This document shows, one piece after another, positions 37,257-45,329 of a stretch of 64,000 nucleotides of DNA (position 1 is the stretch's first letter; each line of letters opens with the position of its first letter). The position numbers and the translations under genes are program-made. The stretch is from an uncultured virus (IMG/VR IMGVR_UViG_3300047673_000294) (Duplodnaviria > Heunggongvirae > Uroviricota > Caudoviricetes): the IMG/VR virus record IMGVR_UViG_3300047673_000294; one strand, 5' to 3'. A model generated the notes under the pieces. It did not search any database and was not told the origin of the DNA. It saw only the letters and a list, made by a program, of their open reading frames with translations.

Positions 37257-37460
37257 TCAGGCGGCGTCGGCTTGGCGGATGAGGCGGAGGTGTCGGCGCT
37301 TGGCGGAGAGGCTCGGGTCTGCGTGCCACTGCCAGCCGCTGAGAGCGTCGAGGAGGTCCGTCCGGTGCTGCGCCTGCTCCTCGGGTGTCCAAGGGGTCGT
37401 GGAGGGCCGTGTAGGGCGTACAGGGATGGCTTCCTGCATGAGGCGCTCGTACGGGTTCAT
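37257..37460 (-). CDS. small hypothetical protein
   Basis: MNPYERLMQEAIP; coupled to rep. Confidence 0.6.
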   Translation of the reverse strand: MNPYERLMQEAIPVRPTRPSTTPWTPEEQAQHRTDLLDALSGWQWHADPSLSAKRRHLRLIRQADAA

Positions 37461-38260
37461 GAGGCGGTCCTCTCGGCTCGGTGTTCGCAGCGGGCGTGGA
37501 CGGTGCGTCCGGGCCGTCTCGGGTCGGGGAGGATCGGCCGCTCGCAGACCGCGCAGTGGTGCCACGTGGTGTGGTCGTCTGGGTCTTCCTGGATCTCGAT
37601 GCGTCTTTCGGGAGCGCCTACTACCTGAGGTTGGAAACCGACCTCAGCCCGTTCTTGGGTAATCCCTGGGAACCCCCCTGGGTTGTTCGGGCCGCGGTGG
37701 CCCGAACCGGTCGGGCCGCGGTGGCCCGAACTCATACGGGCCGCGGTGGCCCGAACTTCTTCGTCCGTACCGTCGGTAAGTTCGGGCCGCGGTGGCCCGT
37801 TGTGGTTCGGGCCGCGGTGGCCCGAACTTTCGTCGTCGTCAGACCACGGGGCAGAGTCCTTGCCGGGTGTCCGGCCGGTGCCGCGGAGGTAGTCCTCGGC
37901 GGCTTGCCAGTCCGGGAACGGCGACACGACGAGCGCGTACCGGGTGGCCTTGCCGCGCTTGCGTTCACCGAGGACGCGGACGACGCCGGCGCGGATCGCA
38001 GCCTCCAGATAGCGGCGGGCATCCTTCTCCCGGCAGCACGAGGCGACGGCGATGTCGGTGATGCGGATGGGCTTGCGGTCGCCGCTGAACGCGACCTCGC
38101 CGGACGCGTTGGCGAAGTTCCGCAGCTGGCACAGGAGCAGGGGCAGGCCCGACCGTCGTAGGTAGGCGGACATCTGGCGCGTCCACTTCCACGAGAGGGC
38201 GTTGCCGTAGGCCACCGGCACGCTGCCGGGGGCTCGGGTCTCCTGCTCGTCTGTGCTCAA
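37457..38260 (-). CDS. putative replication initiator (wHTH N-terminus, internal iterons)
   Basis: ITDIA...EKDARRYLEAAIRAG.V...G.ATRY wHTH; internal repeats; C-terminal CAVC...HARC. Confidence 0.65.
   Translation of the reverse strand: MSTDEQETRAPGSVPVAYGNALSWKWTRQMSAYLRRSGLPLLLCQLRNFANASGEVAFSGDRKPIRITDIAVASCCREKDARRYLEAAIRAGVVRVLGERKRGKATRYALVVSPFPDWQAAEDYLRGTGRTPGKDSAPWSDDDESSGHRGPNHNGPPRPELTDGTDEEVRATAARMSSGHRGPTGSGHRGPNNPGGFPGITQERAEVGFQPQVVGAPERRIEIQEDPDDHTTWHHCAVCERPILPDPRRPGRTVHARCEHRAERTAS
37686..37826. repeat. five 17-bp iterons CGGGCCGCGGTGGCCCG (putative origin)
   Basis: exact copies at 37688, 37712, 37737, 37783, 37808. Confidence 0.85.
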
Positions 38261-38311
38261 CTCGGTCTTCTCTCGCTGCTATTGCGGTCGCGGGCGGGTG
38301 GTGAGCGGCGG

Positions 38312-39616
38312 CTATTCGGTGAGCGGGTACTCGTCGAGGCGCTGCATGCCGGGCTTGCCGTCGAAGAGGTTCGGCTTGAGGTGCACGCGGCAGCCGGCCT
38401 CGCGGGCTTGGGCGACGATGCGGGCGACCCACTCGAAGGGCGGGGCGAAGCCGGGCACGGTGCCGGACGGCTGCTGCGTCTGGGTCTGGGCGCCGATGAC
38501 GACCCAGTCGAACATCGACAGGTCGGTGAACTCCAAGGGCTCCAGGAGCGGTTCGAGGGAGAGCCACTTGACGGCGCCGCGGATCTCGCGGAAGGCGCGC
38601 TCGGCGATCCGTACGCGCTTCTGCTCGTCGACGGAGGTGCCGACCCAGGCGCCGGGCGGCATGTCGAGGCCGACGTACCGGTCGGGGAACTTGGTGAGGA
38701 GGATGTACTGCCACTCGGGGGAGGCGAGCATGGAGGCGTGGACGCGGGTGATCCACTCGTCGGGGACCCAGCGGCCGTAGAGGTCGGCCATGGAGCAGAC
38801 GAAGACGCGCTTCCATGCGGGGTCGTCGCGGTGTTCGGCGGGGATGGTGGTGTTGGCGGGGGCATCGAGGCGCTGCTCGTGGAAGAGCGGCGTGAAGCCG
38901 ACGGGGTAGGCGGCCTTGAGGCGCTCGCTGGTGGCGAGTTCGCGGGCGTAGCAGTAGGTGCAGCCGTGGAGGCATCCGGTGACGGGGTTCCAGGACCAGT
39001 TGGCCCAGGAGATGCCGGCGCCGGGGGTGCTGTTGAAGGTGGCCTTCGACTGGGGCTTGGGGTAGGGGACTTCGTTGCCGGTGTGGGTGCGGAGGGTGAG
39101 CATGACGGGCTCGGGCCGCGGGCGGGCGGGCGTGGTCGGCGGGGTGACCGTGCGCTCGAATGCGGGCTCGGCAGGCTGTACCCAGTCCTGCCCCGCGAAC
39201 AGGTCCTCGTCCGACGGCGGCGCGGACTGCCGCACTGGCTGGGTGTACGTTTTTCCGTCGATCCCTTGCACCGGAGGTCGGGCAGGTGACCCACCTCCGG
39301 TAGGAAATGGGTCACCTGCGAGGTCGCGTCGGACGGTTTCCCGCGGTGTCGCGGTCACCGCTGCAATGGCGCGGACACTGAGCCCGGACTCGGCGAGCGA
39401 TGCCACCACCTCTCGCCGTTCCTCGCGTGGCAGGGCGAGCCGTGAGGTGCCGAACTCGGCGGCGCAGTAGGCGTCCCAGGATTCGTAGCCGAGAGCGGCC
39501 CAGGCGCGGGAGGTGTAGGCCTCGCGGATCATCTGCCATGTGCCTTCGACTGCGACTTTGATTCGGTCGGTCAGGGTGCGGGCCTGGTCCGCGGAAGGGA
39601 TTGCGATGTCGGTCAT
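38312..39616 (-). CDS. DUF5131 (Gp37/Gp68-like, CxxxCxxC) protein with N-terminal HTH domain
   Basis: WNPVTGCLHGCTYCYA, VFVCSMADL, LLTK, WVGTSV, WLSLEPLL, DWVVIG. Confidence 0.85.
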   Translation of the reverse strand: MTDIAIPSADQARTLTDRIKVAVEGTWQMIREAYTSRAWAALGYESWDAYCAAEFGTSRLALPREERREVVASLAESGLSVRAIAAVTATPRETVRRDLAGDPFPTGGGSPARPPVQGIDGKTYTQPVRQSAPPSDEDLFAGQDWVQPAEPAFERTVTPPTTPARPRPEPVMLTLRTHTGNEVPYPKPQSKATFNSTPGAGISWANWSWNPVTGCLHGCTYCYARELATSERLKAAYPVGFTPLFHEQRLDAPANTTIPAEHRDDPAWKRVFVCSMADLYGRWVPDEWITRVHASMLASPEWQYILLTKFPDRYVGLDMPPGAWVGTSVDEQKRVRIAERAFREIRGAVKWLSLEPLLEPLEFTDLSMFDWVVIGAQTQTQQPSGTVPGFAPPFEWVARIVAQAREAGCRVHLKPNLFDGKPGMQRLDEYPLTE

Positions 39617-39846
39617 CAGTTGGGCTTCCCGTGGATTTCACAGTGGCATGGGTGGCAGACGGCGGACATGTTTTCCGGGACGTCGAACGTTCCCCAGGGC
39701 GGGTATTTCCAGTGGTGCGGTTCGGTCGGCGGCCGGGTTTTGCAGCGTTCGCAAATGCCGTCTGCTCGCTCGAAGACGACAGCTCTAACCGCGAGGAACT
39801 TGGGATGCCGGAGGTACTCGCGGTAGGTGCGGTAGGGCTGCTCTAC
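39616..39846 (-). CDS. HNH endonuclease domain lacking a canonical start codon
   Basis: ICERC...PHH..Y...ENMSAVCHPCHCEIH; codon after AGGAGG is GTA. Confidence 0.65.
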   Translation of the reverse strand, partial: VEQPYRTYREYLRHPKFLAVRAVVFERADGICERCKTRPPTEPHHWKYPPWGTFDVPENMSAVCHPCHCEIHGKPN

Positions 39847-40790
39847 GCGACGTCCTCCTCTCCCTTGACCAGTTCGAAAGGGAGCGCCGGGTTCTCCCGC
39901 TCGCGCAGCTCGCTCTTGGTGAGGATCAGTCGGTCGCACAGCCGGGCGAACTTCTCGCGGTCCTTCCGAAACCAGGCGAATTCGTAGTCGTGCGGCTCGC
40001 TGGTGGCAGTGAATGCGTCGGCCGCGAGGCGCTCTTCCTCTTCGCGCCACTTGAGCGGGGCGCTGAAGAGGTACGCCCACTGCGCTGCGTCCCGGGCGAA
40101 GGCGACGAGCATCAGGTCGTGTCGGTTCGGCAGGAAGTCGGTGATGCTGCCGATGAGCCCGTACCACTCGCTGCGCGCGCTGACGGACGACGTTGCCTGA
40201 GCGTTCTCGTCGCGTTCGAATGGGCTGCGCTTGATTCCCGAGACGTTGAATCCGAGGCAGGAAAGCGTTCGCACGCCCTTCGTCATGCCTTCGAGGCGTC
40301 CCGTAAAGCGGCGGTCCATCGCCCATTCGGTGATGCTGTTCGGGTCGTTCAGGACCAGCGTCACGTCTTCGCGGTGGATGTGCTTGGTGCCGGCTTCACG
40401 TCCGTCCCAGTTCCATGCGCGTACTTCGGCGTTTCCTGAGTGCCAGCGGTTTTCGCTGGTCCGCTGGTATCCGAGTGCGGGCAGTTGCCTGGTCAGGTTC
40501 TCCAGGAGTGCGGCGTAGGTCTCCGGGTTCTTCTCGTAGAGGTCGACGATGACGGGCTTCTTCGACCGGGCTGCTTGCGCGGCGAGGATTCCGGGAGAAC
40601 AGGCGTCTTCCCAGGGCGCGTCGTACGCCGTGGCTCCGTTCCCGGCGGTGAGGTCGATCCAGTACAGGCGCTTGACCCAGTGGAGTAGCGGCGCGTTGGC
40701 GGCGCGGCGTTCCTTGCCGACGAACTCGCGCATGATCGCGTGCTTGATCGGGGTGTGGTGGCTGGTGCCGACGTCCATGCGCTTAGCCAT
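39843..40790 (-). CDS. TcmP-like (three-Cys-motif partner) SAM-dependent methyltransferase-fold protein
   Basis: HTPIKH..., YWIDLTAGNG, SPGI, LYEKN, LNDPN; neighbour of DUF5131. Confidence 0.7.
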   Translation of the reverse strand: MAKRMDVGTSHHTPIKHAIMREFVGKERRAANAPLLHWVKRLYWIDLTAGNGATAYDAPWEDACSPGILAAQAARSKKPVIVDLYEKNPETYAALLENLTRQLPALGYQRTSENRWHSGNAEVRAWNWDGREAGTKHIHREDVTLVLNDPNSITEWAMDRRFTGRLEGMTKGVRTLSCLGFNVSGIKRSPFERDENAQATSSVSARSEWYGLIGSITDFLPNRHDLMLVAFARDAAQWAYLFSAPLKWREEEERLAADAFTATSEPHDYEFAWFRKDREKFARLCDRLILTKSELRERENPALPFELVKGEEDVA

Positions 40791-40887
40791 TGGAGTCCCG
40801 TTCGTATGGGTGCTGGTGGGGATGAGTGCGCGTGATGGCGCGGTCGTGCATCCGCCGATATCGACGGGCTTCCCACGCCTCAATGAT

Positions 40888-40954
40888 GCCACATGAATGT
40901 GGCCACATGGGAGTCTCTTGATTGGAGGGGCGGAGCGGGCTTCCATGTGGCCAC
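40888..40954. promoter_or_regulatory. operator array between TcmP-like gene and divergent HTH
   Basis: GCCACAT-GA-ATGTGGC, palindrome ATGTGGCCACAT at 40897-40908, second ATGTGGCCAC at 40945. Confidence 0.65.
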
Positions 40955-40976
40955 CCCGATGTGCGAACATGTCGAC

Positions 40977-41204
40977 ATGCCCGCCACCGAGGAGACCGTC
41001 GCCGCACTGCGCAAGGCCGTGCGCGCCAAGAAGACGGCCGAGGACCGCGCCACCGCGGCCCGCAACGCGCTCGCCGTCGCCATGACCGACGCCATCCACG
41101 CCGGCGTGAAACAGGGCGAGGTCGTTACCATCACGGGGCTGACGCGCGAGCACGTTCGCCGGCTGGTCCGCGAGGTCGAGGAACAACGCGCCTCCCAGTC
41201 CTGA
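40977..41204 (+). CDS. small HTH regulator
   Basis: QGEVVTITGLTREHVRRLVR. Confidence 0.75.
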   Translation: MPATEETVAALRKAVRAKKTAEDRATAARNALAVAMTDAIHAGVKQGEVVTITGLTREHVRRLVREVEEQRASQS

Positions 41205-41228
41205 CACCGTCCGCTCCTCTCTGTCTTG

Positions 41229-41251
41229 GGCCCCGTTTCGGCGGGGCCTTC
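41229..41251 (+). terminator. hairpin terminator
   Basis: GGCCCCGT-TTCG-GCGGGGCC-TT. Confidence 0.6.
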
Positions 41252-41354
41252 GTGCTGGCTGGGGGTGGGCCCGCCCCGGGTGGGGAGGTGGGGCGGGCCC
41301 GGGTGGCGGCCGCGGAGTGGGGGCTCCGGGGGAATCGGCCGCCGATTCAGGTGG

Positions 41355-41528
41355 TCAGAAGAGGCCGTCGAGCGCGTCGACCACGGCCTCGACGCCGAGT
41401 TGGCCGAACCAGACGACAGCGGCAGCCACGGCGCCTGCCGCGAGCCACCACGGCTCGGAAGCGGTGAAGATCGCGGCCACGGCACCGGCCACGAGACCCG
41501 CCACAACGCCGGCCAGGAAGCGGGCCAT
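41355..41528 (-). CDS. small membrane protein
   Basis: two TM helices; coupled to vWA gene. Confidence 0.6.
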   Translation of the reverse strand: MARFLAGVVAGLVAGAVAAIFTASEPWWLAAGAVAAAVVWFGQLGVEAVVDALDGLF

Positions 41529-42217
41529 CAGCGGACGATCCCGGCCGTGCGGGCGGCGGTCAGCCACTGCGCGAACTCGCCCGTCAACCCGTCGTACAGC
41601 GCCGTGTCCGTGACGCGGTGCGGGTCGCGGGCGTGGAAGAACGACGCGTTGTCCACCGCCCGGCCGCCGAGCGTGTCGAGTTCCTCCAGGAACTGGATGT
41701 TGTTCCCGAAGCCGACGAACGCGAAGAACACTGGCTGCTTCGATGCTTCCCGCAGCGCGGCGACCGCGGCCGGCCGGGAGTCGGGTTCGCCGTCCGTCTG
41801 GAAGATCACCAGTGCGGGCGCCGGGTTGCCGTGGTGGAGGTCGACGACGTAGTCGATGGCCGCGGCGTAGTTCGTGGAGCCCCAGCCGACCGCGGTGTGG
41901 GTGCGGTTGATGACGCCCTGATAGTCGTCGAGGCGGGCGTCGGCCGCCTGTGTGACTCGGGTGCCGAAGTAGATGAGCGGGACCTGTCCGTCGTCGTCGA
42001 GGTTGGCGGACAGGCCCAGCGCCTGTTCGGCGAGGCGCTGCACGGAGCCGTTGCGGTAGAAGCCGGTCATGCTGCCGGAGTGGTCGAGGACGAGGTAGAC
42101 CGCGGCGCGCTGCCCGGTGAGGCCCGACTTCTCCAGGGAGACGGCGGCGGTTTTGACGAGGTTGACCAGGCCGGACGGGACGTCGGTGGCGGTGGTGGTC
42201 TTACGGAAGAGGCTCAT
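41528..42217 (-). CDS. vWA-domain protein (Ter-type stress-cluster vWA)
   Basis: MIDAS LVLDHSGSM, GSTNY, IFQTDG, FLEELD...VDNA.FF. Confidence 0.85.
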   Translation of the reverse strand: MSLFRKTTTATDVPSGLVNLVKTAAVSLEKSGLTGQRAAVYLVLDHSGSMTGFYRNGSVQRLAEQALGLSANLDDDGQVPLIYFGTRVTQAADARLDDYQGVINRTHTAVGWGSTNYAAAIDYVVDLHHGNPAPALVIFQTDGEPDSRPAAVAALREASKQPVFFAFVGFGNNIQFLEELDTLGGRAVDNASFFHARDPHRVTDTALYDGLTGEFAQWLTAARTAGIVR

Positions 42218-42285
42218 CGTGGTCTCCTTGGGTTGGGCCCCGCCGCAACTCGACTGCGGCGGGGCGCTGCTGGTGCGGAGGGTGG

Positions 42286-42723
42286 TCAGCGGACGTACTC
42301 GTCCTGCCGCTCCTGCTCGCGGCGCCGCTTGTACTCCTTCAGCTCGCCCTCACTGGGCTTGGCCGCCATCAGCACGTCGAGGGAGGCGTCCGGGCGCATC
42401 GGGCCCTGCCCGACCTCGTCGAACGTGCCGTCGATCTGACGGCCGCGGTACATGGCACGGCGTGCCTCGACCAGAGCGGCGGCGTCCTCGTCGGTCCGTG
42501 CGACTTCGCAGCCGGTGACGCGGACCTTGACCTGCGCGGCCTTGTCCTCGTCCTCCGCGTGACCCGTGTAGGACTTCGAGGTGAGTTCGACGATCGCGTA
42601 GACGACCGTGCCGGGCTTCTCGAAGAGGCCGCGTCGCTGCTCGCGGGTCATCGACGCTTCGACAGCTGCGGCCGCCGCGTCGAGCTTGACCTCGGGGACG
42701 TCTGCGGGGCTGAGCTTGGGCAT
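42286..42723 (-). CDS. hypothetical protein
   Basis: coupled ORF, 145 aa. Confidence 0.65.
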   Translation of the reverse strand: MPKLSPADVPEVKLDAAAAAVEASMTREQRRGLFEKPGTVVYAIVELTSKSYTGHAEDEDKAAQVKVRVTGCEVARTDEDAAALVEARRAMYRGRQIDGTFDEVGQGPMRPDASLDVLMAAKPSEGELKEYKRRREQERQDEYVR

Positions 42724-43340
42724 TACAGGGTTCCGTTCTGGTAGGCGTCGGCCGCGTCGGCGGCCTGCTGGGCGAGGGCGGCCTCGGCCGGTCGGCGCTG
42801 GCGGTTGCGCTCGCGGTCCCGGTCACAGGTGCGGCAGCGGCGTCCTCGGCCGGCGATGATCCGCGTGTTCTCCTGATCGAATTCGTGGCCCTTTGCGCAG
42901 TGGGTTTTACTGCGGTTCGGTGCACCGATATCGACGGCGCGGAGGGTGTTTTCTCCGCGGCTCACGACTTCCAAATGGTCGGGATTGACGCACAGCTTGT
43001 TGCGGCAGAGGTGGTCGATCGTCAGGCCGTCCGGGATCGGGCCGCGAAGGTTCTCCCAGGCGTACCGGTGAGACGCGGCGCGGCGCATACGGGCGACGTG
43101 GAACGAGCCGTATCCGCTGGGGATCGTGCCTGCTGTCCACTGCCAGCAGCGCCCGGGTACGTCTCCGTGGAGTGGTAGCGGGCCAGCCTTGTCGACCTTG
43201 CTCCAGAACCGGTCCTCGGCGGGCATGCCCACTCGCTGGACAAGGCGTTCGCCCTGTAGGAGTAGAACCCTGTAGTGCTTTCCGCAAAGCCCGCGGTGCT
43301 TTGCTGATGCGTCACAGCTTTCGCTCTGACAGGTATTCAT
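42723..43340 (-). CDS. HNH homing endonuclease
   Basis: RFWSKVDK, CWQW, SHRYAW, IDHLCRNKLCVNPDHL, THCAKGHEF. Confidence 0.9.
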   Translation of the reverse strand: MNTCQSESCDASAKHRGLCGKHYRVLLLQGERLVQRVGMPAEDRFWSKVDKAGPLPLHGDVPGRCWQWTAGTIPSGYGSFHVARMRRAASHRYAWENLRGPIPDGLTIDHLCRNKLCVNPDHLEVVSRGENTLRAVDIGAPNRSKTHCAKGHEFDQENTRIIAGRGRRCRTCDRDRERNRQRRPAEAALAQQAADAADAYQNGTL

Positions 43341-43545
43341 CGGCGGCTTCCTCTGCTTGCTGTGCGAGCGCCTTTTCTGCGCAGGTTTTATGGGCTGCTT
43401 TGTTCTTCGAGTCGCGGAGGTGGGTGGGCTTGTCGCAGTACCGGCAGGGCTTGGCGGTCCAGGACCAGTGCGACGGGTCGGTCCAGTCGAGGAGCTGGCC
43501 CGCGGCCGGCTGGGGCGGGGCGCGGCGCCGCCGGGGCCCGGTCAT
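43312..43545 (-). CDS. small Zn-binding protein
   Basis: PCRYC...AHKTC. Confidence 0.65.
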   Translation of the reverse strand: MTGPRRRRAPPQPAAGQLLDWTDPSHWSWTAKPCRYCDKPTHLRDSKNKAAHKTCAEKALAQQAEEAADEYLSERKL

Positions 43546-44234
43546 GCGGCGGCCTTCGACGTGCCGGTCCGCCTCAGCCGGTTGTCCGCGTCCGTGTTCG
43601 CCTCACGACACGGACCGCACGGCTCCTCACCGCGCTTCAAATGCCGCTTGTAGCCAGACCTGGAGCCACACAGATTCCGCTGGTCCCGCTCCTGCTGGTC
43701 CATCAGATGCGCCGGCAGCACGCACCCATCCACCGCGCAGGTCCGCCGGACGATTCCCACCGGTGGGCGTTGCCGGTCCACCCGGAACGCGATCTGCGTT
43801 GGCGTGTAGTAGCGCGCCTGCAAGGCGATCGGCGTGGGCCCCTCCCAACTGGCGTGCCCGTCCGGGAGGGGATGGGAGTGCAGGTTCCAAAGAGACTGGA
43901 ACGTGCGCTTCGGCCGCGGTGTCTTTGCGCCAGGCTCGGTCTCGCCGCGCGCGGCCCGTTCCGCCTTCTGCCGGGCCGCAACCTGCCGGGCGAGGTTGCG
44001 GAGTTCGCTGGGCCTAAGCCCGCCGCGGATGCCGTGGTCGAGGTCGCGGGTACGGAGTGCGTCGAGGACGCATTCGGTCTGGACCGGGCACGGCTTGCAG
44101 ATGGTTTTGGCGTGGGCGATCTGGTGTTCGTTGTTGTCGGGGAACATGTCGTCGGCGTGGCCGATACACGCTGCTTGCTTGACCCACTGGCCTGCGGGTT
44201 CGAGGGCGGGGACGGATCCGGTGGAGTGGCTCAT
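43542..44234 (-). CDS. WhiB-family regulator with additional C-terminal domains
   Basis: AAC...ICKPCPVQTEC...HGIRGG. Confidence 0.85.
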   Translation of the reverse strand: MSHSTGSVPALEPAGQWVKQAACIGHADDMFPDNNEHQIAHAKTICKPCPVQTECVLDALRTRDLDHGIRGGLRPSELRNLARQVAARQKAERAARGETEPGAKTPRPKRTFQSLWNLHSHPLPDGHASWEGPTPIALQARYYTPTQIAFRVDRQRPPVGIVRRTCAVDGCVLPAHLMDQQERDQRNLCGSRSGYKRHLKRGEEPCGPCREANTDADNRLRRTGTSKAAA

Positions 44235-44854
44235 CGCGCCACCGCCACGGTGGTCGTCGGCCACTGCACGCCGTCCAGCGCCCGCCGCTGCTGCGCCGGG
44301 AGTTCGACCAGCGGATAGCCCAACCAGTCCAGGCCCATCGCGGCGAACACGGCAGCGTCCGCGGCGTCGTACTTCCCCGGACCCTCGCACCAGATGCCGA
44401 GCTGCTCGACGACGAACGAGCAGACCATGCCCTTACAGATCCGGGCCCGCTTGTCGCGCGGGTGCTCGCGGCCCGGGTTGGCCTTGCCGGTGGCGTAGGT
44501 GTAGCGGGACTGCGGGTTGACGACGGCGAACGGGGTGCCATGGCGGTGGAGTTCGGTGGTGAGGACCCACCAGAGTCCGGCGAGCTGGTGGACGGCGGAG
44601 CCCTTGGCGCCGCGGGCGATGTCCTCGATGACGACGAGGTCGGCGGCCTTGGTGCGGTCGGCGACCTCGCGGCGGAGGTAGTCGATGCGGGCGTGGCCGG
44701 TGAGTCCGGGGTGGCGGATGGCGTCGGCCCAGTCGGCTCCGGCGATGCCGAGGCTGTTGAGGCTGGCGTCGATACCGATGACGAGGGGCCGGGGTCCGGC
44801 CGCGGGGGTGGCGGCCGGTGCCTGCGGGGTGAGTTCGAAGAGGGTGCTGGTCAC
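44231..44854 (-). CDS. RuvC-like Holliday junction resolvase
   Basis: VIGIDASL, LVVIED, YATGK, DAADA. Confidence 0.75.
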   Translation of the reverse strand: MTSTLFELTPQAPAATPAAGPRPLVIGIDASLNSLGIAGADWADAIRHPGLTGHARIDYLRREVADRTKAADLVVIEDIARGAKGSAVHQLAGLWWVLTTELHRHGTPFAVVNPQSRYTYATGKANPGREHPRDKRARICKGMVCSFVVEQLGIWCEGPGKYDAADAAVFAAMGLDWLGYPLVELPAQQRRALDGVQWPTTTVAVAR

Positions 44855-45066
44855 TGGTGTCCCTCCGGGGTGTCGTAGTAGTCGGCGACGGCCTCGCCGT
44901 AGGCCTGCATGCGGGCGGTGAGGTCGGCGATGAACTCCTCGTCGTCCGCCGAGGCGAGCTCGGCCGGCATGACCGTGACGCGCGGCGGCCGGACCCGGTA
45001 GATGAGGACGGCCATGACGATCAGCGCGACCACGACGACCAGATCAGCGATGACGGACTCGGTCAT
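44851..45066 (-). CDS. small membrane protein
   Basis: TM helix, coupled. Confidence 0.55.
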   Translation of the reverse strand: MTESVIADLVVVVALIVMAVLIYRVRPPRVTVMPAELASADDEEFIADLTARMQAYGEAVADYYDTPEGHQ

Positions 45067-45329
45067 CGGGCACCGCCGTCGTGGGTGATGTGGCTGCACG
45101 ACCGGCAGATGAGTTCGCCCGTCACCCGCGTCCGGACATGAACGGTGTCCCGGCGCTCGAACCGGCAGCGGACCGTCGTCTCGACGAGGGCCTGCACCGG
45201 CCGGAACCAGACGCGTGCCGCACGATGCTTGGCGGTCGGTTCGGGCCGGACGTACCAGCGGATGGCGAGGAACCCGACGGACAGGGAGCAGATGAGCATG
45301 GCCGCACCCGCAGCGATCTGGTCGTTCAC
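45063..45329 (-). CDS. small membrane protein with Cys motif
   Basis: TM helix, then CRF...H...CRSC. Confidence 0.55.
   Translation of the reverse strand: MNDQIAAGAAMLICSLSVGFLAIRWYVRPEPTAKHRAARVWFRPVQALVETTVRCRFERRDTVHVRTRVTGELICRSCSHITHDGGAR

Noticed and set aside
37686..37826. CRISPR array
   Set aside because: Repeats are 17 bp with 7-29 bp gaps, lie inside an ORF, and no cas genes are present; better explained as iterons
39847..40326. Upstream ATG at 40326 as the HNH start
   Set aside because: It would overlap 480 bp of the TcmP-like gene out of frame, encodes an Arg-rich non-protein-like sequence and has no RBS
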